A stretch of 64,000 nucleotides of DNA from positions 20,600 through 84,599 of the forward strand of contig JBDKFG010000011.1 of assembly GCA_039798785.1 (NCBI GenBank), given 5' to 3'. This stretch comes from Verrucomicrobiota bacterium. Its GTDB lineage: Bacteria > Verrucomicrobiota > Lentisphaeria > Lentisphaerales > Lentisphaeraceae. Under the pieces are notes generated by a model that did not search any database, had not been told where the DNA came from, and worked only from the letters and a program-made list of their open reading frames with translations. The position numbers were made by a program, and so were the translations under genes. Positions 1 to 9,875 of the stretch are shown piece after piece. Every line of letters starts with the position of its first letter. Position 1 is the first letter of the stretch.

Positions 1-1
1 A

Positions 2-232
2 GTGCTTGCGCAAGCCTTCGGCGCCAAGGTGACCCCGCACCTCTTCATCTTTGACAAGAAAGGCGTCCTTGCCTATCAAGGCGCCGTCGACGACAACAAA
101 GACGCCAATCCGCAGTCAGTAGCCGGCGCCAACAACATGGTCCAGGCCGCGCTCGACGAGATCCTCGCCGGCAAGCCGGTGAGCAAGCCGAGCTGCACTC
201 CCTACGGCTGTGGCGTCAAATACGGCAAGTGA
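2..232 (+). CDS. Redoxin/AhpC-TSA thioredoxin-like protein, C-terminal part (5' end outside window)
   Basis: GAKVTPHLFIFD...YQGAVDD...PYGCGVKY is the typical C-terminus of this family. Confidence 0.75.
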   Translation: MLAQAFGAKVTPHLFIFDKKGVLAYQGAVDDNKDANPQSVAGANNMVQAALDEILAGKPVSKPSCTPYGCGVKYGK

Positions 233-300
233 AAGGCGCTCGGGGAAACTTGCCAGTCCGCTGCGACACAGCACTGTGAGGGCTGACAAGGAGTGACCCG

Positions 301-2670
301 ATGAATTTCCGAACGCACCCAGGGCTTGGCGCGAGCCTTTTGCTGATGCTGGGGCTCGCCGCCGCCGCCGATGAAGGTCCGGGCTTGGCAGCCGCCGGCG
401 ATGCCGCGCTGGCCGACGGCCGCGCCGCCCTCGCCCGACGCCTTTGGAGCCAGGCCATGGAGAAGCTGCCTGCCGCGGAGCAGCCTGTTCTGGCCCGGCG
501 GCTGGCCCGCCTCGAGCTCGATGCTTCCGATCCGCAGGCCGCCTTGGCCTGGCTTGGCCGCTCCGGCGGCGATCAGCCCGCCTCGACGCTGCTGAGATGT
601 GAAGCCCTGCAGATCCTAGGTCGCGATGACGAAGCCGAGCTGATCCTCGCCCGCTCCTGGCCGGAACCGCTCTGGCCCCGGGCCGAGGCCTTGCGACTGC
701 GCGGCCTGATCCGCCTCGGCCGCCTCGCCGAGGCGGAAGCCCTCGCCTCCGCCCCAGGAGCCGGACTGGCCCCGGAAGACCGCCTCCGGCTGGACTGCCT
801 GAAAGGAGACGCAGCCTCAGCACGTCGCCGTCTCGAGTCTCTCGCCGAGGGCCCGGCGAAGATCCTCCTAGGTCTCAGGATCGCACTCCTCGCCGCTGAG
901 GCTCCGGCGCTTTCGCTGCTGCGCGCCGCCGCTCCGCTGAAGGCGGATGCGCTGAAATCCGAGCCCGGAGCCGCGGCGCTGCTCCAGGAGTCGTCGCGAC
1001 GGATCGCCGACGAAGAGCCGGCCCTCGCAGCCGATCTGCTCGCCGCCGCCGTCCGTGCCGGCGGCGATCCCAAGCTGCTTCTTCACGAGGCCGGGCTCCG
1101 CGACGGCGTCGGCCAGAAGGAGGAAGCCCTGGCTCTGCTCCGCCGCAGCCTGGAGAGGCGGGAGGATCCTGAGCTTCGCTTCGGCCTGGCAGTACTCCTG
1201 CGGCGCCAGGGTGATGCCGCCGCCGCTCGGATTCAGCTCGAGCTTATTCTCGCGGATGCCACATCTCCCTGGCGCAGCCGGGCCTTGATCGAGCGCGCCC
1301 GCCTCGGCGACTCCTCCGCCGCCGCAGCCGATCTGGAGGCGGCCGCCGCCCTCAGCTCCGCCAGCGAAGCTCAGCTCCTCCTCCGGCTCGCCGCCCTGCG
1401 CCAGGCCGAGGCCTCCCGCAAGTCCCTATCCGCACAAGCCGGCCTCCGCCGCGCCGCTGAACTCGCCGCGCGTGGCGGCGATGAAGGGATGCTCCTCGCG
1501 GCCAGCCTCCTCGGCGAAGCCGGCTTCCCTGCGGAGGGCGCCGCCCTGCTCCGCGATAAGCCCGGACTCGAAGCCCGGGTCATCGCCGGGCGGCTGCTCC
1601 TGCAGTCGGGGGCGAGCCAGGAGGGCGCTCGCTCGCTTCTCGAGGCCGCCCGCCTCGCGGTCGATGCCAGGCGTTCCGCCGGCCTCCTGCTCGAAGCCGC
1701 GGTCGCGTCCGCACCCGGCGCCGCAGCTGAACTTCAGCGTCGCGCCAGCGCCGGCGAAGTCGCCGCGGCTGAGATCCTCCCTTGGCTGGAGCATGCCCTC
1801 GCTGTCGGCGCCTGGAAGGGCGGCGACAATGACGGTGGGCTCTGGCGTCGACTGCGAACCAGAGTGGATGCTTCCCCGGAACTGCGCTGCGACGCCTGGG
1901 CCTGGTGCGCCAGGGATTGCCGCCGCCAGAATCGCTTCGCCGAAGCGCTTGACGCCTACGCCCAGGCCCTGAAGCTAGCGCCGCCCGCCCGCCGCGGCGC
2001 TCTGCTTCTGGAGCAGGCCGGCCTCCTGATCGAGGAGGGCGACGAGGAAAAGGCGCTCGCCAGCCTGGAGGCCGACATCGGCAATTCCACCTCCGAGGAG
2101 GCCGGACGCGCGGCCTTGCTCGCAGCTTCTCTCCTCGCCCGCCAGGCCGCCTTCAACGAGGCCGCCGCCAAGCTTGATGCCGCAGCTTTGCTGTTCCAGG
2201 ATCCCCTGCTGCAACAGCAGGCGCAGCTCCAGGCCGCCGCCGCCCGGCTGGCCGAGATCCGCTCTGTCCCAGGCAACGCCGGACAGACAGATCCGCGCCT
2301 TGTCCAGGTCCAGGACTCGCTTCGGAAAATCCGGGAGCACAAGCGCTCCGTCGAACTCGATGCCCGCGCCGCGCTCCTCTGGGCCGATTCGCTGCTCTGC
2401 GGCCTGCCGGCCGCCGATGACAACGCCGTCCAGCCAGCGCTCGACGCCTTCCGTCAGATCTTCCTCGATCATCTCGAAGCTCGCGGCGGTCAGCGTCCAC
2501 ATCATCCTGAAAGCCTCGCCCGCGCCGGACTCGAACTCGCCCGCCTCCATTTGCGCCTCGGACGCCCCGGGGCCGCCGCCGATACCTATCTAGCCCTCGC
2601 CGGCACCGGCATCCCCGGCACCGCTCACTGCCTCTCCATGGCCAAGGCTTGCAAGGAAGGCTCACAATGA
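301..2670 (+). CDS. Exported Ala/Leu-rich TPR-like helical repeat protein
   Basis: 789-aa ORF with RBS AAGGAG, signal-peptide-like N-terminus, TPR-like helices (EALDAYAQALKLAP); stop overlaps ispD start. Confidence 0.6.
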   Translation: MNFRTHPGLGASLLLMLGLAAAADEGPGLAAAGDAALADGRAALARRLWSQAMEKLPAAEQPVLARRLARLELDASDPQAALAWLGRSGGDQPASTLLRCEALQILGRDDEAELILARSWPEPLWPRAEALRLRGLIRLGRLAEAEALASAPGAGLAPEDRLRLDCLKGDAASARRRLESLAEGPAKILLGLRIALLAAEAPALSLLRAAAPLKADALKSEPGAAALLQESSRRIADEEPALAADLLAAAVRAGGDPKLLLHEAGLRDGVGQKEEALALLRRSLERREDPELRFGLAVLLRRQGDAAAARIQLELILADATSPWRSRALIERARLGDSSAAAADLEAAAALSSASEAQLLLRLAALRQAEASRKSLSAQAGLRRAAELAARGGDEGMLLAASLLGEAGFPAEGAALLRDKPGLEARVIAGRLLLQSGASQEGARSLLEAARLAVDARRSAGLLLEAAVASAPGAAAELQRRASAGEVAAAEILPWLEHALAVGAWKGGDNDGGLWRRLRTRVDASPELRCDAWAWCARDCRRQNRFAEALDAYAQALKLAPPARRGALLLEQAGLLIEEGDEEKALASLEADIGNSTSEEAGRAALLAASLLARQAAFNEAAAKLDAAALLFQDPLLQQQAQLQAAAARLAEIRSVPGNAGQTDPRLVQVQDSLRKIREHKRSVELDARAALLWADSLLCGLPAADDNAVQPALDAFRQIFLDHLEARGGQRPHHPESLARAGLELARLHLRLGRPGAAADTYLALAGTGIPGTAHCLSMAKACKEGSQ

Positions 2671-3308
2671 AACGCGGCATCCTCATCGCCGCCGGCGGCT
2701 CCGGTCAGCGCTTCGGTTCCGACAAGCTCCTCGCCGAGTTCCGCGGACTTCCGGTGCTCATCCACTCCCTGCGCTGCTGCACCGCCCTTGTCGACCCTCC
2801 GGATTGCCTCCTCGTCGCCGCTGACGCCTCGAGGCCGCTTTATCGCGAAATCCTCGACTCTCATGGCTTCGACTCCATCAGGCTCGTCGCCGGCGGCAAA
2901 GAACGCGCCCACTCCGTCCTCAATGGCTTGCTCCAACTCGACTGCGATCTCGTCGCCGTCCACGACGCCGCACGCCCCCTGCTCAAAACGGAAACCCTCC
3001 GACACTGCTTCGAACACGCCGAAAAAACCGGCTCGGCCGTCCTCGCCCACCCAGTCACCGACACGATCAAGATCGTCGACGCCGACAACCGCGTGGTCAG
3101 CACCCCTCCCCGCGCCCAGTTGCGCGCCGCCGAGACGCCGCAGATCTTCCCCCGCCTCGCCCTGGTCGCAGCTTACCAGGCCGCACTCGAGCAAGGGATC
3201 CATCCCACCGATGAAGCCATGGCGATGGAACTCGCAGACCAACCCGTCCATCTCGTCCTGCACCAGGACGACAACCGCAAGATCACCTATCTGCGCGATC
3301 TCGAATGA
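2667..3308 (+). CDS. ispD: 2-C-methyl-D-erythritol 4-phosphate cytidylyltransferase
   Basis: AAGGSGQRFG..DK, GGKERAHSV, VHDAARP, ETPQIF, KITY motifs; ATGA overlap at 2667. Confidence 0.92.
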   Translation: MKRGILIAAGGSGQRFGSDKLLAEFRGLPVLIHSLRCCTALVDPPDCLLVAADASRPLYREILDSHGFDSIRLVAGGKERAHSVLNGLLQLDCDLVAVHDAARPLLKTETLRHCFEHAEKTGSAVLAHPVTDTIKIVDADNRVVSTPPRAQLRAAETPQIFPRLALVAAYQAALEQGIHPTDEAMAMELADQPVHLVLHQDDNRKITYLRDLE

Positions 3309-3314
3309 ATGAAG

Positions 3315-3911
3315 TCACATGATCGAACCGGTCAGGCAGCGCTCCGCATAGGCGCGAATACCAGGCTGGATATCGGTGCGCAAAAGGAATCCCGAGATCT
3401 TGGCCACGGCATAATCCGGCCGACGATAATGCAGATGCCCTAGCCCGTGCAAGAAGGATTCCTGGACAGCAGCGTGAGGATGACTGAGGCCGAAATCCAA
3501 GAGTCGTTCAGCAAGCTGAGGCGGAACGAATTCGGGGTTGAAGGTGCGGTAGGAGAGTCCACTATCCATGTCCCAAAGCATATAGCAGGCGGTGGCGAAA
3601 GAGCAGCCTTGACTCGAGTGGCCATACCGATTGGCACAGTGCCGGGCGAAGGCGGCGTAGAGATGTTCCAGCGAGGCGTAGAAGTCAGCGTATCCGGAAA
3701 TAGCGGCAGGATCCGTAGCGCTTCGGCCGAGGTCAGCGCCAACGCCATAGATCTCCCAGATCGCCTCGCCGACAGTCTGCAGATCATATTCTTCGATCAA
3801 ACGCTCGATGTCGCGATTGAAGCAGATGAGATATTGCTGCGCCCCTTGCGGGGTGTCGGCGTCGATTTCGGGGAATTCGTTTTCGATCAGGCGATCGGAG
3901 GCGGTGGACAC
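3315..3911 (-). CDS. Hypothetical protein (CYMLWD...ESFLHGLGH)
   Basis: 198-aa ORF, lower GC than flanks, RBS AAGGAG before the GTG start. Confidence 0.6.
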   Translation of the reverse strand: MSTASDRLIENEFPEIDADTPQGAQQYLICFNRDIERLIEEYDLQTVGEAIWEIYGVGADLGRSATDPAAISGYADFYASLEHLYAAFARHCANRYGHSSQGCSFATACYMLWDMDSGLSYRTFNPEFVPPQLAERLLDFGLSHPHAAVQESFLHGLGHLHYRRPDYAVAKISGFLLRTDIQPGIRAYAERCLTGSIM

Positions 3912-4045
3912 GGTCAGGGCTCCTTGCTTTGCATACGGTCAAACATCAATCCGGGGAGATCACGGACTTCCAAGCGCTGATTGCGATCGGACCAGATCAA
4001 AACATCACGACTCTTTAATTTGGCCTTGACCTCGAAGTCCCTCTT

Positions 4046-4348
4046 TCAGGTCAATGGGGGAAAACGCTGCTCAAAAGCTTTCGCATCGCGTTTCAAATGC
4101 ATGACAGCGCCGATCAGAATCATGTCGTCTCGGATTTCATAAAGGATGCCATAGGGAAAGCGATCAAAAAGAATGCGCCTTGCAGTGCCGACATATTGCG
4201 GCCAAGCCAAGGGGTATTGACGCAGGCGCGACACCGCGCGCTCAAAATCGTTCAAGAATGACTGACTCAAGCCGGGTTTTTCTCTCTCGTAATAAGCAGC
4301 GGCATCCTCCAGCTCGGATTCCGCCGCAGTGAGAATCAGGATTTGCAT
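4046..4348 (-). CDS. Type II toxin, RelE/ParE family
   Basis: AESELEDAAAYYE...RFPYGILYEI...AVMHLKR pattern; overlaps the upstream antitoxin. Confidence 0.85.
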   Translation of the reverse strand: MQILILTAAESELEDAAAYYEREKPGLSQSFLNDFERAVSRLRQYPLAWPQYVGTARRILFDRFPYGILYEIRDDMILIGAVMHLKRDAKAFEQRFPPLT

Positions 4349-4569
4349 TGACCGCGGAGACGCTGGATCACATCCTCTACGGGTTTAGCCTCAAGCCGGC
4401 CTTGATCATAAGCCCGAAGGCGAGCGTCCCATTCACTTGCCCATTGCTGACGAAGCGAGTCATGCGGCTCGGCGTCGAAGCTCAGGAAAAGCCGTTCAAT
4501 CAGCTCGGCTCGATCTGCCGGGCAGAGGCTGAGAGCTTCTTCCACGATGTGTTGGCTGCCAATTTCCAT
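4336..4569 (-). CDS. Addiction-module antitoxin
   Basis: 77 aa, EALSL..ADRAELIERL..S...W..E..AR...Y..G pattern, directly upstream of the toxin. Confidence 0.8.
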   Translation of the reverse strand: MEIGSQHIVEEALSLCPADRAELIERLFLSFDAEPHDSLRQQWASEWDARLRAYDQGRLEAKPVEDVIQRLRGQCKS

Positions 4570-4651
4570 GAGGTGCGTCTCCTTGCGGGAAATATAGTCG
4601 GGAACTCAAGCTTTTGGCAATCCTTGGTCGCGGTGTTTTCGCTAGGCAAAC

Positions 4652-4684
4652 AAAACCAGGGCCTGCGAACAGGCCCTGGCTTTT
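4652..4684. terminator. Intrinsic terminator after the dehydrogenase gene
   Basis: AAAA-CCAGGGCCTG-cgaa-CAGGCCCTGG-cTTTT hairpin. Confidence 0.75.
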
Positions 4685-4700
4685 GACTCCGCCTTTGCGC

Positions 4701-5927
4701 TCAGCGCACCGGCAGCGTGAACTCGGCGGGGAGTTCTTCGTGGACCCAGGGGAGGCCGTGCTTATTGAGCTCGGCCATGAAGGGGTCGGGGTTCATCTGT
4801 TCCATGTTGAAGACGCCTTTGCCGGACCAGGTGCCGTTGGCGACGAGGAGGCCGCCGATCATGGCGGGGACGCCTGTGGTGTAGGAGATGGCTTGCGAGC
4901 CGACTTCCTCGTAGCACTCTTCATGGACGCAGACGTTGTAGGTCCAGGTGGCCTTGGGTTTGCCGTCCTTGCCGAGACCCTTGACCAGCGAGCCGATGCA
5001 GGTCTTGCCCTTGGTCAGAGGACCGAGGGAGGCGGGGTCGGGCAGCAGGGTCTTGAGGAACTCGATGGGGATGATGTCCTGGCCGTGGTGCTTGACCGGG
5101 TGGATGCCGAGCATGCCGACGTTTTCGAGCACTTTCATGTGCATCAGGTAGTTATCGGAGAAGGTCATCCAGAAGCGGGCGCGCTTCAGGGTGGGGAAGT
5201 GCTTGGCGAGCGACTCGAGCTCTTCGTGGTAGAGGCAGTAGAGCTTCTTGGCGCCGATGCCGGCGGGGAAGTCGAAGACCATGCCTTTTTCGAGCGGCTT
5301 GGTCTCGACCCAGACGCCGTTCTCCCAGTAGCGGCCGTTGGCCGAGACTTCGCGGAGGTTGATCTCGGGGTTGAAGTTGGTGGCGAAGGGGAGGCCGTGC
5401 GAGCCGGCGTTGGCATCGATGATCTCGAGCTCGTCGACGCGCGAGAAGTTGTGCTTGGCGGTCCAGGCGGTGAAAACGTTGGTGACGCCGGGGTCGAAGC
5501 CGGAGCCGAGCAGGGCCATCAGGCCGGCCTTCTGGAACTTCTCCTGGTAGGCCCACTGCCACTTGTATTCGAACTTGGCGACGTCGCGGGGTTCGTAGTT
5601 GGCGGTGTCGACGTAGTGGACGCCGGCTTCGAGGCAGGCGTCCATGATGGTGAGGTCCTGGTAGGGCAGGGCGACGTTGATGCAGACGAGCGGCTTGTAG
5701 GCCTTCATCAGGGCGGCGGTCTCGGGCACGTTGTCGGCGTCGACGGCGGCGGTCTTGATCTCGACGCCCCATTTCGACTTGATCTGGGCGGCGATGGCGT
5801 CGCACTTCGACTTGGTGCGGGAGGCGAGCATGATCTCGGAGAAGCCGCCTTGTTTGAGGACCTGGGCGCACTTGTGGGCGACGACTTGGCCGACGCCGCC
5901 GGCGCCGATGATGAGGACTTTGGCCAT
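4701..5927 (-). CDS. Saccharopine dehydrogenase family protein, likely carboxynorspermidine/carboxyspermidine synthase
   Basis: IIGAGGVG, YVDTANYEP, YKWQWAY, GSGFDPG, TNFNPEINLRE, YTTGVPA motifs. Confidence 0.88.
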   Translation of the reverse strand: MAKVLIIGAGGVGQVVAHKCAQVLKQGGFSEIMLASRTKSKCDAIAAQIKSKWGVEIKTAAVDADNVPETAALMKAYKPLVCINVALPYQDLTIMDACLEAGVHYVDTANYEPRDVAKFEYKWQWAYQEKFQKAGLMALLGSGFDPGVTNVFTAWTAKHNFSRVDELEIIDANAGSHGLPFATNFNPEINLREVSANGRYWENGVWVETKPLEKGMVFDFPAGIGAKKLYCLYHEELESLAKHFPTLKRARFWMTFSDNYLMHMKVLENVGMLGIHPVKHHGQDIIPIEFLKTLLPDPASLGPLTKGKTCIGSLVKGLGKDGKPKATWTYNVCVHEECYEEVGSQAISYTTGVPAMIGGLLVANGTWSGKGVFNMEQMNPDPFMAELNKHGLPWVHEELPAEFTLPVR

Positions 5928-6027
5928 GGATGAAGATTCCTTGCAGGTTGGATGAAACAGCGCGCCAATTTTCCGCCATTCCTGCGGACTGCAAGGTAGG
6001 GGATGGAAGAAGTGTCGGGCGGGGATG

Positions 6028-6057
6028 AAAAAAGGGAGCCGTGGGGCTCCCTTTTTT
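6028..6057. terminator. Intrinsic terminator (bidirectional form)
   Basis: AAAAAAGGGAGCC-gtgg-GGCTCCCTTTTTT. Confidence 0.8.
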
Positions 6058-6073
6058 CGTTCCGGACTCGCTC

Positions 6074-6964
6074 TTATTGATCGAGATCCGATTCGGCGAC
6101 CCAGTCGCCGTTCTTGGCGATGACACGGCTGTCGGTGACGACGAGGGCGCGGGGACCACCGGCTTTCTTGCCGAGGACGACACCGACGATGATACCGACG
6201 ACACCGACGCCAGCGGCGATGCCAGCGGCTGCGGGGCCTTGGACCACTAAGGGGGCGACGACGCCGCCGATCATCGCGATGGCACCAGCGGCAATGCCGG
6301 CGACACTGCCGTTGCTACCGGCGTCATGTTTGCAGAAGTACACTTCCTCGGCGCTGTTGAGCTCACTCTGCATGAAGTCGGGGACTTTGACTGTGGCGCG
6401 CTTCTTTTTGGGTTTTTCCGGGGCCGGGGCAGCGGCTGCGGGGGAGGAGGCGGTGGCTGAAGCGGCGGAACGGGAAGGAGCGGCCGGTGCCGGGGCCGGG
6501 GCAGGAGCTGGCGCGGGAGCCGGAGCGGGCCGTGAGGGGGCGGCCGGCTTGGCTTGGGCGGCCAGTTCCGCCTGGGTCGGGATGACGAACTCAGCTGCGC
6601 AGTCGGGGCATTCGACCTGGGCGCCGTAGTATTCATCGGAGACGATCGGGAAGGAGGCCGAGCACTTGATGCAGGAGACGATGCCGTCGGTGACTGAGGC
6701 ACGGGGTAGCTGGGGAGCGGCTGCGACGGGGGCGGGAGCGGCGCCGGCAACTTGAGCGGCGGCTTTGGCAGCGGCTTCATCCTTGAGCGACTGCATCATG
6801 CCCATCGACTTGCGGGAGAGGATGACGGTGCGGGTGTCGCCGAAATCACCTCCGCCTTGGGGCTTGGAGGGCGGCGGAGCCGAAGCTGGGGAAGAGGAGG
6901 GGGGGGGCTGGGTTGCGCCTCCGGGACGGGGAGGACGGGGAGGACGGGGGACATTCGTGCTCAT
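6074..6964 (-). CDS. Pro/Ala-rich membrane protein with zinc-ribbon (CxxC...CxxC)
   Basis: Start MSTNVPRPP at 6964; CIKC/CPDC pair, PA-repeat linker, two C-terminal hydrophobic helices. Confidence 0.65.
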   Translation of the reverse strand: MSTNVPRPPRPPRPGGATQPPPSSSPASAPPPSKPQGGGDFGDTRTVILSRKSMGMMQSLKDEAAAKAAAQVAGAAPAPVAAAPQLPRASVTDGIVSCIKCSASFPIVSDEYYGAQVECPDCAAEFVIPTQAELAAQAKPAAPSRPAPAPAPAPAPAPAPAAPSRSAASATASSPAAAAPAPEKPKKKRATVKVPDFMQSELNSAEEVYFCKHDAGSNGSVAGIAAGAIAMIGGVVAPLVVQGPAAAGIAAGVGVVGIIVGVVLGKKAGGPRALVVTDSRVIAKNGDWVAESDLDQ

Positions 6965-7087
6965 GAAACCTTGCCACCTTCTGGGTTGTTCTAGTTTGCC
7001 TAGGGACGGGCCCATTTTACACGGTTGAGTTCGACACTGCAAGGGAGATTGGAGATTTTTGCCGATTGAGCATAAAGGCGGGTTTCC

Positions 7088-7260
7088 CGACCTGTATTCA
7101 TTCGAATCAAGCTCAATTGAACCGCAGAAGACGCCGGAGAACGCAGAAAGAGTGAGTGACACAGCGAGTGACCGCTCACCATTCTCCTTTTGTGCTCATT
7201 GTGCCATTTGTGGCCATCTGGCTTTCTTCGCGTCTTCGTTCCTTCGAGTGCTACAGGACG
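7088..7260. mobile_element. MITE-like element, family A copy 1 (degenerate)
   Basis: Ends CGACCTGT...ACAGGACG; flanks gggtttcc/ggtttttc (6/8 identical); homologous to the reverse complement of 43128-43290. Confidence 0.7.
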
Positions 7261-7274
7261 GGTTTTTCTGGCCT

Positions 7275-8033
7275 TCAGAATCCGAGGCGGCGCAAAAGCC
7301 TGTCGCCACAGAATTGAGTCAGGCTGTAGACGGCGAAGCCGAGGAGGGCGGCGCAGGCGGTGACGGCGAAAAGCAGTGGGTAATTGGCGCTTTGCTGGCA
7401 ATTGCTGATCGCCTGGGCGAGGCCGCCGCCACGGCCGCCGGTGCCGGTGAAATATTCCCCGACGATGGCGCCGACGACGCTGAGGCCGGCGCTGACCCGG
7501 GCTCCGGCGACGATCAGCGGCGCGCTTTGCGGCAGACGCAATTTCCACCAGGTCTGCAAGGAGCTGGCGCCACAGACCCGGAGCAGGTCGAGGCGGTCCT
7601 TCGGGGTCCGCTGCAGGCCCGCGGCGGTGCCGTTGACGATCGGGAAAAGGGAGACGATGCAAGACACCGCGATCATCGAGGGCAGGCCGGGGCCGAGCCA
7701 GAGGATCAGGATCGGCGCCACCGCCACCACCGGCACCGACTGCAGGAAAACCGTCCAAGGTTGGAAGATCCGTTCCGCCCAACGGCTCAGTCCCAGGATC
7801 GAACCGAGGATAAGCCCCAGGACCAGACTCAGGCCGAAGCCGCTCGCCGCCACCGCGGCGCTCCGCAGCCAGGCGTAAAACAAGTCCTCGCGATGCTCCA
7901 GCGCCGCGCACCCCACCTCGCTCGGATTCGGCAGCAAGATCGGATCGACGCCAAACACCGGACGCGCCAAGGCCCAAAGCCCCAAAAGGGCCACCAGGGC
8001 CACCAGCGGACTGAACATCTCCAGGCTCTTCAT
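7275..8033 (-). CDS. ABC transporter permease, NitT/TauT family
   Basis: ILLPNPSEV, QSVPVVAVAPIL, KLRLPQSAP, GAIVGEY motifs. Confidence 0.88.
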   Translation of the reverse strand: MKSLEMFSPLVALVALLGLWALARPVFGVDPILLPNPSEVGCAALEHREDLFYAWLRSAAVAASGFGLSLVLGLILGSILGLSRWAERIFQPWTVFLQSVPVVAVAPILILWLGPGLPSMIAVSCIVSLFPIVNGTAAGLQRTPKDRLDLLRVCGASSLQTWWKLRLPQSAPLIVAGARVSAGLSVVGAIVGEYFTGTGGRGGGLAQAISNCQQSANYPLLFAVTACAALLGFAVYSLTQFCGDRLLRRLGF

Positions 8034-8040
8034 CTTGTGC

Positions 8041-9495
8041 TCAACCTTTCATCACTTGCACGCCGCCGAACAGGCACGGAGGCGAGGCGTGGCCGACGGT
8101 GACCACCTGATTGAACTCGCCTTTGCCGCAATTGCCGACGCCGAGTACGCGGAAGCTGTCGGCGTCGCCGACGGCCTTGAGTGAGCGCCAGAAGGAGGAT
8201 GAGATGCCGCGGTAGGCGGGGTCGCGGACCACCGGTCCGAGCTTCCCGTCAATGATCAGGCGGCCGTGTTCGCAGCCGAATTGGAATTTATTGCGCGAGT
8301 CGTCGATTGACCACGAGCGGTTGCCGCTCATCACGACGCCTCTTTCGACCTGGGCGATCATGTCGGCGAAGGAGGTCTGGCCGGCTTCGAGGTTGACGTT
8401 GCCCATCCGGTCCATCGGCGGGCGGTTCCAGGTCTGGGCCCGCGAGTTGGCGGTGCCGCTGCGGCCGGCGCGGCTTTGCGAGACGATGCCGCCAAGGGGG
8501 TTCTTGAGCAGGCCCTTTTCGATCAGCATCACCTTTTCCGCCGGGCTGCCTTCGTCGTCAAAGGCGCAGGAAACCCCTTCTCCGGAGAGACCCGGATCGA
8601 AGCTGACGTTGAGCAGTTCCGATCCGTACTGGTATTGGCCGAACATGTCGAGACTGACGAAGCTGGTGCCGGCGTAGTTGCGTTCGTCGCCGAGGATGCG
8701 GTCGAGCTCGAGCGGATGGCCGATCGACTCATGGATCTGCAGGTGCATCTGGTCGGGCATCAGGATCAAATCCATCACTTCATCAGGGCAGGGCGACGCG
8801 GCGAGGAGCTCAAGCACTTCCATGACCAGTTGCGGCCCGCAGGATTCAAAGCCGCGCTGCGCCAGGATCTCGGCGCCGCCTTGGAGCAGGCAGGAGCCCG
8901 CTTGCCAGGAACGGGTCTGGCTCAAGCCGTCCTGGACCGCCGTCACCGAGGCCGAGGGATGGATGCGGCGGAAACGCTGGACGATGCGGCCACCGCGATT
9001 GGTGAGGGTCACTTGTTCGTAAAAGGACTGGCTGAGGGAGGCGCTGCGATCAGCGATGAGGGGCGATCCGGCGAGGCCGGCTTCGACCCGGCGGAGCAGA
9101 TCGACGCTGGCCTCGAGAGGCAGTTCGGCATCCAGGGAGGGGCCTTCATAGCTGCCGGAGGCGTGCGAGAAGGGGACTTTGCGAAAATCGCAGACGCTGC
9201 GGCCGGCGGCGAGCGAGGCGGCGCGGCGGGCGGCAGCAAGACCGCGCTCGAGAGCGGCCTCGCTGAACTCGGCGCTGGCGGCGTAGCCGATGCCGCAAGG
9301 GCCGTCGCCGCGACCCGCGGCGTCGGCGACCACGGTGAGCATCCAGCCGGCATCCTGACTGAGCTGCGGCGGCTCGACGTTGCCCCGCCGGACACTGACG
9401 CTGCGGCTGCGGCTGGCGAGGCGGCGGAGCGAAGCGTAAGGCAAGGAGACGCTGAGACGGAGGAAGGCGCTTTCGAAACGGGCGAAGTCGGTCAT
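8041..9495 (-). CDS. tldD: TldD metalloprotease subunit
   Basis: HESIGH zinc motif, DDEGSP, PMDRMGN, CGKG..Q...VGH; start MTDFARF at 9495. Confidence 0.9.
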   Translation of the reverse strand: MTDFARFESAFLRLSVSLPYASLRRLASRSRSVSVRRGNVEPPQLSQDAGWMLTVVADAAGRGDGPCGIGYAASAEFSEAALERGLAAARRAASLAAGRSVCDFRKVPFSHASGSYEGPSLDAELPLEASVDLLRRVEAGLAGSPLIADRSASLSQSFYEQVTLTNRGGRIVQRFRRIHPSASVTAVQDGLSQTRSWQAGSCLLQGGAEILAQRGFESCGPQLVMEVLELLAASPCPDEVMDLILMPDQMHLQIHESIGHPLELDRILGDERNYAGTSFVSLDMFGQYQYGSELLNVSFDPGLSGEGVSCAFDDEGSPAEKVMLIEKGLLKNPLGGIVSQSRAGRSGTANSRAQTWNRPPMDRMGNVNLEAGQTSFADMIAQVERGVVMSGNRSWSIDDSRNKFQFGCEHGRLIIDGKLGPVVRDPAYRGISSSFWRSLKAVGDADSFRVLGVGNCGKGEFNQVVTVGHASPPCLFGGVQVMKG

Positions 9496-9744
9496 GGGGA
9501 ATCCTAGGATGGCGATGGGCGCAAGATAGGCGGATCCGAAGCTGGCGCTAGAGGAAAGAGCCGGATTTACTGCAGCGGCATTCCGAAGTTCCTTCAAGAT
9601 CGAGCCCTTACATTGATGGGTGGAGTCGGCTCGCTTAAACTAAAAACCATATTTAGATGTCCATAAATTTATGAGCGCATCTTCTGCCACCCAAAAAAGT
9701 TGGCTTATAAATTGAGTATGGATCAATTTCAGCCCGGTCTCTGC

Positions 9745-9821
9745 GGGCGCTTCAGCCGAGAGCGACGAAGAGTCCCCACAAAACGCCCCGAATCCCTTAG
9801 GTCCGGCTGACCGAAGCGCCC
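9745..9821. repeat. REP-like inverted repeat pair
   Basis: GGGCGCTTCAGCCG ... CGGCTG-acc-GAAGCGCCC; shares the GCTTCAGCCG core with the pair at 10002-10084. Confidence 0.55.
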
Positions 9822-9875
9822 ACTCGCGTCTTCTGACTTGAAATGACAAGACGATGCAACAAAATCGTCAAGATT

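Noticed and set aside
4614..5933. Antisense ORFs over the dehydrogenase gene (likewise over pfp, pheS, Gfo and rsbU)
   Set aside because: Same shadow effect; the opposite strand carries well-conserved genes.
6480..6535. GC-rich short repeats
   Set aside because: They encode the PAPAPA linker of the zinc-ribbon membrane protein.
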